Shown here piece by piece: positions 1-8,566 of a stretch of 64,000 nucleotides of DNA (position 1 is the stretch's first letter; the number at the start of each line of letters is the position of its first letter). Below the pieces are notes generated by a model that had not been told where the DNA came from, did not search any database, and was given only the letters and a program-made list of their open reading frames with translations. Source of the stretch: Bdellovibrionales bacterium (GTDB taxonomy: Bacteria; Bdellovibrionota; Bdellovibrionia; Bdellovibrionales; UBA1609); NCBI GenBank assembly GCA_041690295.1, contig JAWLHR010000001.1, forward strand, positions 1 to 64,000, in the 5' to 3' direction. Position numbers and translations under genes: made by a program.

Positions 1-112
1 GTTGTCCTCCTTTTTTGGACGGGTTGTCTGGTAACTCCCATCCTGGAGACTTCCCCTCTTTTTTCAATTCCTAATTCCCACCAGCCGCGGGACGCGGCCA
101 CCGAGGAACAGC

Positions 113-1165
113 CTACCATTTAAATTTGCGGTCCCATTCGCGGAGTTGACCGCGCATGGTTTTGACCATTTTCAATTCCTTGCGGAGCAAATCAGGTACT
201 TTGGATAAATTGGCGGGCTCAGGAGGAGCGAACTCATCGGCTTCCGGTTTTTTTCCGCCGCTCCAGTCTTTGTATAAAGCCATGCGGAGATTTTTGGCTC
301 GGTTTTTCAGAAAAACCAGATCCTTCTTCGCCTGACCTTTCGGTTGGATCAAACCCACTTCGGCCGCTTTATTCAAAATCGCGAGATCCACGGAGATTCC
401 AAGAAGTGTTGGATTCGGCATGGGAAGTCCCACGGTTCGTTCACGCAGCACTCTCTTGGTCTCCGCCGTGCGCGCGCCGAGACCTACCGTCCGCATCGTG
501 TGAAAAATCGAATCCCAAATCCTGAGATGAATCAACGACCAACAATCATCACCCAGCTTCGCCAACACGCCCTTGATCTCAGCTTCGGTCATTTTTTTCT
601 TTTTAAGCCATCGATTCAGGTCGGCCACATAACCTGAAGGCAAACGCGGCGACGTCTGCAGCACACCTAAAATTTGTTTAAGCTGAGTTTCGTTAAACGC
701 GCACTGGCCCGATTCATCGCGCACGCAGAGTTCGGCGTAGGACCTTTCGAGCCCTTCACAAACTTTAACATGCTCCGGCGAGGGGGCTTTGACGTCCTCT
801 GGCTTGGGCGGCGGCGCGAACACGAACGGATATCTCACCCGCACCACTTTGCCGTCCGGAGGAGGCGGAAACGCCCAACGCGAAACCTTCTTGATCATGC
901 AATCATCAAGTTCGCGGTTCACCGATTGAATGACTTTGGGGTTCAGCGCATCTCCGATGGGATTGATTTCCCATTCCAAGACCAGCTTACCGGCGAGTTC
1001 GGGATTTTTTTTGGAGGCGGCCTGATAACAGTCCACAACATCGCCGACACGGCGGCTGATCACACCGTGGACGCCTTCTTTTTCAGGTGGGAGTTTGGTG
1101 TCCTTTTGACGGCTTCCACATCCCACCAATAACAACAGCAACAGGACGGGCCAAAATCTCATCAT
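113..1165 (-). CDS. Lipoprotein with N-terminal AgmX/PglI-like (TonB C-terminal-like) domain and unknown C-terminal domain
   Basis: Lipobox LLVGC; segment DVVDCYQAASKKNPELAGKLVLEWEINPIG...DDCMIKKVSRWAFPPP...RVRYPFVF matches the AgmX/PglI C-terminal pattern. Start uncertain (1171/1165/1162). Confidence 0.65.
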   Translation of the reverse strand: MMRFWPVLLLLLLVGCGSRQKDTKLPPEKEGVHGVISRRVGDVVDCYQAASKKNPELAGKLVLEWEINPIGDALNPKVIQSVNRELDDCMIKKVSRWAFPPPPDGKVVRVRYPFVFAPPPKPEDVKAPSPEHVKVCEGLERSYAELCVRDESGQCAFNETQLKQILGVLQTSPRLPSGYVADLNRWLKKKKMTEAEIKGVLAKLGDDCWSLIHLRIWDSIFHTMRTVGLGARTAETKRVLRERTVGLPMPNPTLLGISVDLAILNKAAEVGLIQPKGQAKKDLVFLKNRAKNLRMALYKDWSGGKKPEADEFAPPEPANLSKVPDLLRKELKMVKTMRGQLREWDRKFKW

Positions 1166-1178
1166 CAACACTTCGTAA

Positions 1179-1568
1179 TCAGTTCTTGATCAGCTTTTTA
1201 TAGTCCGGCGCGCGAAGCAAATTGGCCAATTCTTTTTCCGTATCCATTTCGATCCGGATCAGCCATCCGTCATTCATCGGATCGTCGTTCAGGCCTCCGG
1301 GATTGTCCACCATGGCGGTGTTAACTTCGATCACTGTTCCTGAAACCGGTGCGATCAAATCGCTGACCGCTTTCACGCTTTCCACCACGCCAAACGGTTC
1401 GCCCTGAGTGACCTTCTGACCTTCTTCAGGCAACTCCACGTAAACCACTTCGCCTAGGTTGTCTTGCGCGTATTCGGTGATTCCGACGGTCACCACATTC
1501 TCATCAACCGCGGCCCATTCATGATCTTTGGTGTAGTAATATTCTTCTGGAACATTGAAATTCGACAT
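1179..1568 (-). CDS. gcvH: Glycine cleavage system H protein
   Basis: YYTKDHEW, GITEYAQDNLGEVVYVELP, lipoyl-lysine motif VESVKAVSD. Confidence 0.97.
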   Translation of the reverse strand: MSNFNVPEEYYYTKDHEWAAVDENVVTVGITEYAQDNLGEVVYVELPEEGQKVTQGEPFGVVESVKAVSDLIAPVSGTVIEVNTAMVDNPGGLNDDPMNDGWLIRIEMDTEKELANLLRAPDYKKLIKN

Positions 1569-1587
1569 AAACTTGCCCTCCCGGCGT

Positions 1588-2679
1588 TTAACTCTTTTTC
1601 TTCACAAACGGCGTGGATACCACTTCGGCGCGCACAAGGCGACCCCGAATGTCCACGTTGATCGCGGTCCCCACCGCGGCCAATGACGAATCCAAGTAGC
1701 CGATCCCGATATTCTCGTTGAGGGTCGGCGAAAGGGTGCCGCTGGTGACGATCCCGGCTTCCGCCCCGTCCACCGACATCAATCGATAGCCCTGGCGGGG
1801 AATACCGCGTTCACGCATTTTGAAGCCAATGAGCTTGCGCTTCAAGCCCTTTTCTTTTCCCTCCAACATCGCCGCGCGCCCAATGAAATCCTTCTTTTCC
1901 GGTTTAATGACCCAGCCAAGACCCGCGGCATAGGGATTGGTCTCATCACTCAATTCGTGGCCATAAAGCGGGTACTTCATTTCCGTGCGCAATGTGTCCC
2001 TTGCGCCGAGTCCGATGGGTTCCACACCTAAATCCGCGCCCACATCCAATAGCTCCCGCCAAAGTTGAACGGCGGCGCCTGTGGGAACAAAAACTTCAAC
2101 GCCGTCTTCTCCGGTGTAACCGGTGCGTGCCACAAGAACCGGCTCTGATTTGAATTTCGCCTCACGGAATTCAAAATGCGGCGGCTCGATCTGAAGAACA
2201 CGCCGGGTGAGTTCCATGGCCTTGGGACCTTGAATGGCGATCTGCCCCCACTGCGAGCTTTCGTTTTTGATCTCCGCGCCGCGATTGTTTTTCACGCACC
2301 AAGCGTAGTCCTTGTCGGTGTTCGACGCGTTCACACAAAGCAGGTACTCCCGCCCCGGTTGAATGCAATAGATGATCAAATCGTCGACCACCCCACCTTT
2401 TTCATTGGGAAACAATGTGTACTGAGCTTGGCCTGCCTTGAGGCGCGCCACTTCATTGGTGGTCAGCCATTCGAGGGTGGCCAGCGCGTTCGGACCACTG
2501 ACCCGGATTTCACCCATATGGGACACATCAAAGAGTCCGACCTTTTCGCGCACAACCTGATGTTCATGGCGCAGGCCCTTATATTCCACCGGCATATACC
2601 AGCCGGCGAAATCCACCATCTTCGCGCCAAGGCGGACGTGTTCGTCTTTAATCGGCGTAAATTTTAAATTGGAATTCAT
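1588..2679 (-). CDS. gcvT: Glycine cleavage system T protein (aminomethyltransferase)
   Basis: GAKMVDFAGWYMP, GLFDVSHMGE, ARTGYTGEDG, GLGARDTLRTEM; start placed at ATG 2679. Confidence 0.96.
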   Translation of the reverse strand: MNSNLKFTPIKDEHVRLGAKMVDFAGWYMPVEYKGLRHEHQVVREKVGLFDVSHMGEIRVSGPNALATLEWLTTNEVARLKAGQAQYTLFPNEKGGVVDDLIIYCIQPGREYLLCVNASNTDKDYAWCVKNNRGAEIKNESSQWGQIAIQGPKAMELTRRVLQIEPPHFEFREAKFKSEPVLVARTGYTGEDGVEVFVPTGAAVQLWRELLDVGADLGVEPIGLGARDTLRTEMKYPLYGHELSDETNPYAAGLGWVIKPEKKDFIGRAAMLEGKEKGLKRKLIGFKMRERGIPRQGYRLMSVDGAEAGIVTSGTLSPTLNENIGIGYLDSSLAAVGTAINVDIRGRLVRAEVVSTPFVKKKS

Positions 2680-2737
2680 GCCGCCCAAATTGGTCTTTCG
2701 GGCGGCGTTTGGCAACTTCTTTTACCGATTCAGGGGA

Positions 2738-3109
2738 TTATTGCCAGTGGCAATTGACGTATTCAGTCAGCGTTTCGCCGTTCGCGGTTTTCTCAACCAT
2801 CTCAACCACATAGGATTTGACCTCGGGGTTGACGATTTCTCCGCCCGGGATCACCCAAAACACCTCAATCAGTCCGTTTTGCAACGGGTACCGGAAGATT
2901 CCGTAGGATTCGCTGGACTCGACGAGTTTGGCTTCCTCGGAAACTTTCAAAACCTGAACCTTACCCTCTTCGATTTTCACGAATTGATCATCGCCGGCGT
3001 ACTTCAAAGCCCGCTTGCCATCGGCCGTTTGACATTCCACCGTCTGACCGCCAGCCATCGCACTTAAGGAAAAAAGGCTCACAAGGATTAGAGCAATCGC
3101 TTTCATCAT
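2738..3109 (-). CDS. Hypothetical secreted protein
   Basis: Signal peptide MMKAIALILVSLFSLSAMA; one Cys near each end (possible disulfide). Confidence 0.7.
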   Translation of the reverse strand: MMKAIALILVSLFSLSAMAGGQTVECQTADGKRALKYAGDDQFVKIEEGKVQVLKVSEEAKLVESSESYGIFRYPLQNGLIEVFWVIPGGEIVNPEVKSYVVEMVEKTANGETLTEYVNCHWQ

Positions 3110-3184
3110 ATAAACACCCCGCTTGGATTTTGATTGCACTTATACACTTCTGCGGAGCGAAATAGAATGCGCCTTGCAAACTTT

Positions 3185-4045
3185 TTACAATTGTAAACTT
3201 TGTTTCGCGAGCCGAAGTGTATTTTCCAGTAACATGGTGATTGTCATCGGCCCCACACCGCCTGGAACCGGCGTTGCGGCCGATGCCACGCCGGCTAGCT
3301 CGTCATATCGCACATCACCGCAGAGCTTTTTTCCGTCGATCCCTGTCTTGCGATGAATGCCGACATCGATCACCACCGATCCGGGAGCGAAGTCCCCGCC
3401 TCCCAAGAATTCCGGCTTTCCGGCCGCCACCACCACGATTTCCGCGTTTTTTAAGAAAGGCTTCAGATCTTTGGTTTTTGAATGGCAAACCGTCACGGTC
3501 GCATCGGCCTGGGTCAATAAATGGGCCATGGGTTTCCCGACGATTTGACTTCGCCCGATGACCACGGCCGAACGCCCCGCCACCGGGATTTCATAGTGCT
3601 CAAGGATCTTCATTACACCCCATGGGGTACACGGGATGGTCAAAGGCCGGCCGACCCATAGCCGGCCGAGATTCTCGGCGGTCAGGCAGTCCGCATCTTT
3701 CTTGGGAGAGATCCACTGAATGGCTTCATCGGCGTTTAAACCCTTCGGCAGCGGCAGTTGAAGAATCATGCCGTCGGTTCTGGGATCTTCATTCAAGCGA
3801 TCGATCACCGCCTTCAAGCCCGCCATGGAGATGTCCGCTGGTAATCGCTCCTCGAAAGAGGCGATGCCCACCGCCTCACAGGCCTTTATTTTGTTTCTTA
3901 CGTAAACCTGGCTGGCCGGATCGTCTCCGACGAGAATCACCGTCAATCCGGGTGGCCGACCGGCTTTAGCGGCGAACGCCGCCGCGTCCGCCTTGATTCG
4001 TTCACGAATTTTCTTGGCCACATCCTGTCCGTCGAGTTTTTTCAT
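3185..4045 (-). CDS. folD: Bifunctional methylenetetrahydrofolate dehydrogenase/cyclohydrolase
   Basis: VGDDPASQVYVRNK, PCTPWG, GRSQIVGKP, TPVPGGVGPMTITML. Confidence 0.97.
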   Translation of the reverse strand: MKKLDGQDVAKKIRERIKADAAAFAAKAGRPPGLTVILVGDDPASQVYVRNKIKACEAVGIASFEERLPADISMAGLKAVIDRLNEDPRTDGMILQLPLPKGLNADEAIQWISPKKDADCLTAENLGRLWVGRPLTIPCTPWGVMKILEHYEIPVAGRSAVVIGRSQIVGKPMAHLLTQADATVTVCHSKTKDLKPFLKNAEIVVVAAGKPEFLGGGDFAPGSVVIDVGIHRKTGIDGKKLCGDVRYDELAGVASAATPVPGGVGPMTITMLLENTLRLAKQSLQL

Positions 4046-4052
4046 GCGTGGC

Positions 4053-4096
4053 ACTTTAGACGCGGGATTGACCGGGCGCAAGATTTCGCCTACAAA
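4053..4096. promoter_or_regulatory. Overlapping divergent sigma70-like promoters for folD and the 4103 ORF
   Basis: Minus: TTGCGC-N17-TAAAGT, 7 nt before the folD ATG. Plus: TTGACC-N17-TACAAA, 6 nt before ATG 4103. Confidence 0.5.
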
Positions 4097-4102
4097 TGGC
4101 TC

Positions 4103-4336
4103 ATGGCTGACAAAGTTAAATTATCTGAAGACGGGTCCAGTATCGACTTCGTGCAATCGGACTCGCTCCCTTCTTCCGTCAAAAAATTCCGTCAAAGCCC
4201 TGAAATTGAAGGTTTTTACCGCTTCATCTACGAAAACGACCTTCAGCGCGAAGCCTTTGAAATTCTGGAGCAAATCATTCAGCGCCGTAAAGCCATGAAA
4301 GTGAAAGCTCGGGCGCAGAGGTCCAAATCCAAATAG
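4103..4336 (+). CDS. Small hypothetical protein
   Basis: 77-aa ORF with protein-like composition (FRQSPEIEGFYRFIYENDLQREA) and a promoter-like motif directly upstream. Confidence 0.7.
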   Translation: MADKVKLSEDGSSIDFVQSDSLPSSVKKFRQSPEIEGFYRFIYENDLQREAFEILEQIIQRRKAMKVKARAQRSKSK

Positions 4337-4405
4337 TCCGGTCACCGGACAGTTCGGACACCACAAACATTTAAATGGGCCTAGAGCCTGGCGCCTAAGC
4401 TTGCA
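4335..4405 (+). promoter_or_regulatory. Sigma54-like promoter module upstream of the Flp pilin (spacer 1 nt longer than consensus)
   Basis: AGTCCG-N5-CGGACA palindrome, TTCGGACAC, TTTAAATGG, then CTGGCGCCTAAGCTTGCA (GG-N11-GC); same boxes as upstream of the secretin gene. Confidence 0.45.
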
Positions 4406-4431
4406 ATGACCTCTACGTTAAGGAGGTCATT

Positions 4432-4692
4432 ATGAACCCGTTAAAGAACAAGCGCGGACAAAGTCTGATCGAGTACGTCATCCTGGTGGCTCTCGTGGGC
4501 GTAGCGACAACCTTCATGGTTCGCAAACTCCAACACACGATTTTGGTTAATCTCGCCAATATCAATCACGCTTTGCAGAGTGATGAAAAACGAAAAAGCT
4601 CATTCGAAAGAATCGACGAGAGCGAGCTTAAAAAGCGCGATTTCACCAATTTCATGAACGGCACGACCGATCGCAGCCGCCATGGCAAATGA
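4432..4692 (+). CDS. Flp family type IVb pilin-like protein
   Basis: Prepilin motif KRG|QSLIEYVILVALVGVA (G-x4-EY); strong SD AAGGAGG. Confidence 0.85.
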   Translation: MNPLKNKRGQSLIEYVILVALVGVATTFMVRKLQHTILVNLANINHALQSDEKRKSSFERIDESELKKRDFTNFMNGTTDRSRHGK

Positions 4693-5029
4693 GAAGGGAA
4701 CGGCGCTATGCGAGATCCTGCCCGCTCTTTTGGTCATCAAGGTGCTCCTCGTCGGTTGTTTGATGGTGGGATATCTCTTCTTCGCCCGATCTTGGATCAC
4801 TTTTCAAGTGGAGCAGGCCCTTTACTGCACACTCGAAGGAAAACCTCATCGAGATTGCGCCACACGAATGGGCGAACGGATCAAATGGTTCCTTCCCTTC
4901 GGCGAATTTCGGCTTTCACATTTGAGTGGCTCTCGTTTCACGGCCGAACTGCGGGGCGAGTGGCGCTTAGGTCAGTTTCGACGCCGGTTTCACAATATTC
5001 TTCGGCTGGATTCACGGCGATCACGTTAA
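4682..5029 (+). CDS. TadE-like pseudopilin
   Basis: N-terminal EKG|TALCEILPALLVI (G, +5 Glu, hydrophobic helix); overlaps the pilin gene. Confidence 0.6.
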   Translation: MANEKGTALCEILPALLVIKVLLVGCLMVGYLFFARSWITFQVEQALYCTLEGKPHRDCATRMGERIKWFLPFGEFRLSHLSGSRFTAELRGEWRLGQFRRRFHNILRLDSRRSR

Positions 5030-5667
5030 TCGCCTTTCTCCCGCTGGTGCTAACTTTGGTGACCGCCGCCGCGGGGGCCACTTACATCTTCAAACAAAAG
5101 CTGAGCGCCCAGTCGATGTGTGTCCAGCAGGCGACCACATTGCAAAATGATTTGAAGCCCATTCTCACACAACTCTTGAGACTGAATCCTCAGGCCACAC
5201 GACTGCGGGCGCGGCGAGCGAAAGCCGATGCGGCCGTCAAAAAAGCGCTGATGACCAAAAATCCGAAACTCATCGCCGCGGCGAAAGCCATTCAGCTCGC
5301 CGTGATTTTGCAACAGACGGCCTTACGCGCGAAACAAGAGCGTCTTCTCCATCAGGCGCAAGAAGAGCGCGCAAGACATCATAACCGCTTGTCCAACGCC
5401 GTCCGGAAAAAGTTTAAATCTTACGTTAAATCCAAACAGTATTACCCGCGAGCCCTGGCGGTGGAACCACGTCCAGCCGGCTCGCTCACGCCGGATTACC
5501 GCCCGGTGAACAACTTCGCCTTTCATCAGCAACACGAGTTCCGTTTTGACATCACGATCGCGCCGTCTTTCGTGTCGGCGAAATCGAAGCAGAAAATTCT
5601 TTGCTCGCTCAGCTTATCCGGAAAGGAGTCCTCATGGCGTCCCCATCTGATCGCGGCCAATCCCTGA
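4960..5667 (+). CDS. Pseudopilin-like (TadG/TadE-like) membrane-anchored protein
   Basis: SAG|FTAITLIAFLPLVLTLV hydrophobic helix followed by coiled coil; GTG start at 4960 inferred. Confidence 0.55.
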   Translation: MALRSVSTPVSQYSSAGFTAITLIAFLPLVLTLVTAAAGATYIFKQKLSAQSMCVQQATTLQNDLKPILTQLLRLNPQATRLRARRAKADAAVKKALMTKNPKLIAAAKAIQLAVILQQTALRAKQERLLHQAQEERARHHNRLSNAVRKKFKSYVKSKQYYPRALAVEPRPAGSLTPDYRPVNNFAFHQQHEFRFDITIAPSFVSAKSKQKILCSLSLSGKESSWRPHLIAANP

Positions 5668-5783
5668 TCGAAGCCGTTTTCGTCGTCGCTCTTTTCGCGG
5701 CGATGCTGCTGATGTTTCACTCCATCTTTAAAACAGGTGATCAGGTTCTAGAGAAAGCCGTCTTGTCGAGGAGGCTTAAATGA
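5634..5783 (+). CDS. Small TadE/Flp-like pseudopilin (49 aa)
   Basis: SD AAGGAG; DRG|QSLIEAVFVVALFAAMLL prepilin motif. Confidence 0.7.
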   Translation: MASPSDRGQSLIEAVFVVALFAAMLLMFHSIFKTGDQVLEKAVLSRRLK

Positions 5784-6256
5784 AATCCTGGGCCGAGAAA
5801 TATAATCGTTTGTCCTGGGAAAGCCGAATGCTGATTTTATTGGGCGGGATCTCGTTTTTGCCGGCTTTGTTCAGCCTCTGGACGCCAGCCCCTGTTGAAG
5901 CCACGAGGACCGAGGTGCGCCTCGACACTCACATTCCAAGGGGGTTCGTGCTGATCCCCATTGATGTTCAAAATTATGAGGCTTTGGACTCGATTCTCGG
6001 ACCTTACGGTATCGTGGATCTATTTAAAGTGGGTCCCGAAAACAAAGCTGGAGCCCTTGTGGCGCGCAATGTGCGGCTCCTCCGCGCTCCCCATAACCCC
6101 TCTCATTTCGCGGCGTTAGTGCCTGAATCGGAAGCTCCGCGGATCTTCGATCACGGGGGGAGTTTTGTGGTGGTGGTGAAACCCTTGGACGCGGCTGGAA
6201 CGAAGTTTGTAACTGGCAAACCCAAGGGTCGCCGAATTATTTACGGAGGTCAGTAA
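5780..6256 (+). CDS. CpaB/RcpC-like pilus assembly protein
   Basis: N-terminal TM helix; IPRGFVLIPIDV...GIVDLF...LVARNVRLL resembles the RcpC/CpaB domain; Tad context. Confidence 0.55.
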   Translation: MKSWAEKYNRLSWESRMLILLGGISFLPALFSLWTPAPVEATRTEVRLDTHIPRGFVLIPIDVQNYEALDSILGPYGIVDLFKVGPENKAGALVARNVRLLRAPHNPSHFAALVPESEAPRIFDHGGSFVVVVKPLDAAGTKFVTGKPKGRRIIYGGQ

Positions 6257-7228
6257 ATGTTGATTTGGGTGGTTTTACTTTTTGCCGGCACCGTGGGTGC
6301 GCAAAGCCCGGAAGTGCTGGTGAAACATCCGTCGAGCTCCGAAACCGATTATCGCGCTTATTTGATGGCTGACTCGGGATTGATATCGCCGACCCGCTAT
6401 CTTCTTCGCCACCGATCGAAGCGGGAGGCCCGACAAAAACTCATGAACGCGTTCGCGGAAGCGCAAAAGGCCTTCTTAGGGGACCAAACCGATAGCGCCA
6501 AACGACAATTTTCCGCGGTCACCGAACTGGCGCTCAGCGAAGATTGGGAACTTCTGGATCGCGAAATTCTTTTAACCAGTTTTCTCAGACTCGCCCAACT
6601 CTCCGAAGGTGAGGCCCGCCGCGGTTATCTTGTGAAGTCCCTGGCCTTCGCCGATGGCGCCAAACTGGATGAATCTTTGTTTCCTCCGCCTTTGCTCGAG
6701 GAATGGCGAGAATTGAAACGGAAACTCACCTATCAAACACCGGTCATAAAAGGCCTGGGAACGGATTGGTCCACCGTTTTAATCAACGGAGCGGTTTGCG
6801 ATCCTCATCATTGCCCGGCTCTTCCCATCATCGATGAGCCGATTCGCATCACTTGGATTTCAGACTCCTGGCAAACTCAATCGACGATTTTGAAACTGAG
6901 TGAGCTCGAAACTTACCAGCCGAAATTGCAACCCTGGTTGGAAGGCACATGTCAAAATCCGCAATTCGCTAAAAATCTGCCGTTCGCCAAACGAAGAGCC
7001 TTCTTCTCTCTCCAGTGTGAACAACCGAAAACGCTGACACTCTCCGACCTCAAACCGAAAGCATCACCGAAGCTCTTTGATGAACCCATTCCCGAAAAGA
7101 AAAAGCCGTTTTATAAATCGCCTTGGGTTTGGGCCGGTGCCGCCACCATCGTGGCCATTCTCATCGCCAACCAGAATAAGAAAAACGGCAGCGAACGGCG
7201 GGAACCCACGACAACTTACGGTTACTGA
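6257..7228 (+). CDS. Hypothetical secreted protein with C-terminal membrane segment
   Basis: Signal peptide; C-terminal KPFYKSPWVWAGAATIVAILI hydrophobic segment. Confidence 0.7.
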   Translation: MLIWVVLLFAGTVGAQSPEVLVKHPSSSETDYRAYLMADSGLISPTRYLLRHRSKREARQKLMNAFAEAQKAFLGDQTDSAKRQFSAVTELALSEDWELLDREILLTSFLRLAQLSEGEARRGYLVKSLAFADGAKLDESLFPPPLLEEWRELKRKLTYQTPVIKGLGTDWSTVLINGAVCDPHHCPALPIIDEPIRITWISDSWQTQSTILKLSELETYQPKLQPWLEGTCQNPQFAKNLPFAKRRAFFSLQCEQPKTLTLSDLKPKASPKLFDEPIPEKKKPFYKSPWVWAGAATIVAILIANQNKKNGSERREPTTTYGY

Positions 7229-8527
7229 TCAAAGCAGGTGTTCGCCGCGAAACACGACGTGATTGGGCGTATCACCGTCGAGGAGCGTGAAGGAATTCGG
7301 CGCCCAGGACAAATCCCGGTGACTCATGTGCGATTCCGGTTGGCCGAGTAACCGGGGAATGCCGTGATCGGGTGATTCGCGCAATGCCTGTAACAAGCGT
7401 GAAATACTCGCGGGCTCGATGGGAGCGTCACTACCGAAATCGAATTCGATCCCCGACTCCTGCAATCTCCGCCAAGGGAACGCGTCTTGCGCCAAAGGCC
7501 CCAACTTCTCGTTCAACCATGCGCGGTCACTTAACCAATGGGACGGTTGCAGGTGACAGATCACTTTTAGTTCCCGCATTTTTTTAACCGTATCGGGTCT
7601 GAGAAGTTCACAGTGTTCGAGATGCAACAGTCCCTGATGCCCTTGTTCCTTCAATCGCCAGGCGGCTTGTACGACAAGATCAGCGGCTTCATCGCCGATG
7701 ACGTGAACCGCGGCTTCGATCCCTTCTTCCCAGCAACGGCGTAAAACGGTGGAAAATTCTTCCTGATCCCAGAGTAAAAGTCCTTTATTGTCGGTGCCAT
7801 GATAGCAACGGGATAAGTAGGCGCCTTCGGAACCAAGCGCGCCATCAAAGAAAACCTTCAATCCCATGGCGCGCAAATTTTTGGTTTGCGAACGGCGCGC
7901 GCGGATCACCAGGGAAACCATTTCGTTCAGATCAGCCAGTGACTTCAGCCAAAAATATTCTTCCACGGCCAACGTCAACAAACCGGATTCATCGAGCTTG
8001 ACGGCTTCGTTCCATTGATTTTCGTCACAGGTCATGTCGCGAATGTGCGTGTATCCGGCCTCATTGAAAATCTGCACGCCCTTAAGCAAATGCCGGCGCG
8101 TCTCCATGGGCGTCGGTCTCGGCAGAGCGGTTCGCACCAGGTCGGCCGCTTTTTCAATGAGAATACCGGTGGGCCGACCGTCGGCATCACGTTCGATCCG
8201 TCCTCCCGGGATCTCCTCGGTCAAAGACCAAAAACCCGTTCGCTTTAAACCTTCCGTATTTAACCAAATCGCATGCCCGTCACAGCGGGAGAAGGCCACG
8301 GGCTTATCCGGCTGCCATTCATCAAGTATCTGGCGATGTGGTCTTTGCTCCCATTTCGAATCGTCCCAGCCGAAGCCTAGAATCCAATCACCGCGGCGAT
8401 GATGGGGAGACAATTCAAGTTGACGGACATCCGCCGGGGTCGTGAGTTCACTCAGTTTCAACCGGTCGGCGACTTCACCGGTAAAAGCCCAATGCACGTG
8501 ACTGTCGAAACAGGCGTCGATCCGCAT
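7229..8527 (-). CDS. Amidohydrolase (Amidohydro_3/YtcJ-like)
   Basis: FDSHVH, SRCDGHAIWLN, KVFFDGALGS, HVIGD, LEHCE, FGSDAP metal-binding motifs. Confidence 0.9.
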   Translation of the reverse strand: MRIDACFDSHVHWAFTGEVADRLKLSELTTPADVRQLELSPHHRRGDWILGFGWDDSKWEQRPHRQILDEWQPDKPVAFSRCDGHAIWLNTEGLKRTGFWSLTEEIPGGRIERDADGRPTGILIEKAADLVRTALPRPTPMETRRHLLKGVQIFNEAGYTHIRDMTCDENQWNEAVKLDESGLLTLAVEEYFWLKSLADLNEMVSLVIRARRSQTKNLRAMGLKVFFDGALGSEGAYLSRCYHGTDNKGLLLWDQEEFSTVLRRCWEEGIEAAVHVIGDEAADLVVQAAWRLKEQGHQGLLHLEHCELLRPDTVKKMRELKVICHLQPSHWLSDRAWLNEKLGPLAQDAFPWRRLQESGIEFDFGSDAPIEPASISRLLQALRESPDHGIPRLLGQPESHMSHRDLSWAPNSFTLLDGDTPNHVVFRGEHLL

Positions 8528-8566
8528 AGGCTTCGAGTTTAAGAGTTGGATGGGAAAACGTCACGC

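Noticed and set aside
1..112. Possible glycine riboswitch near the gcv genes
   Set aside because: No GGAGA...CCGAAG...CTCTCAGG aptamer motifs; only a short hairpin, a weak promoter and an SD for a gene outside the window.
4708..4959. N-terminal extension of the 319-aa ORF
   Set aside because: Overlaps the TadE-like gene in another frame; the pilin-like hydrophobic segment only begins after the GTG at 4960.
6195..6211. Sigma54-like CTGGAACGAAGTTTGTA
   Set aside because: Lies inside a coding region and has GT rather than GC at -12.
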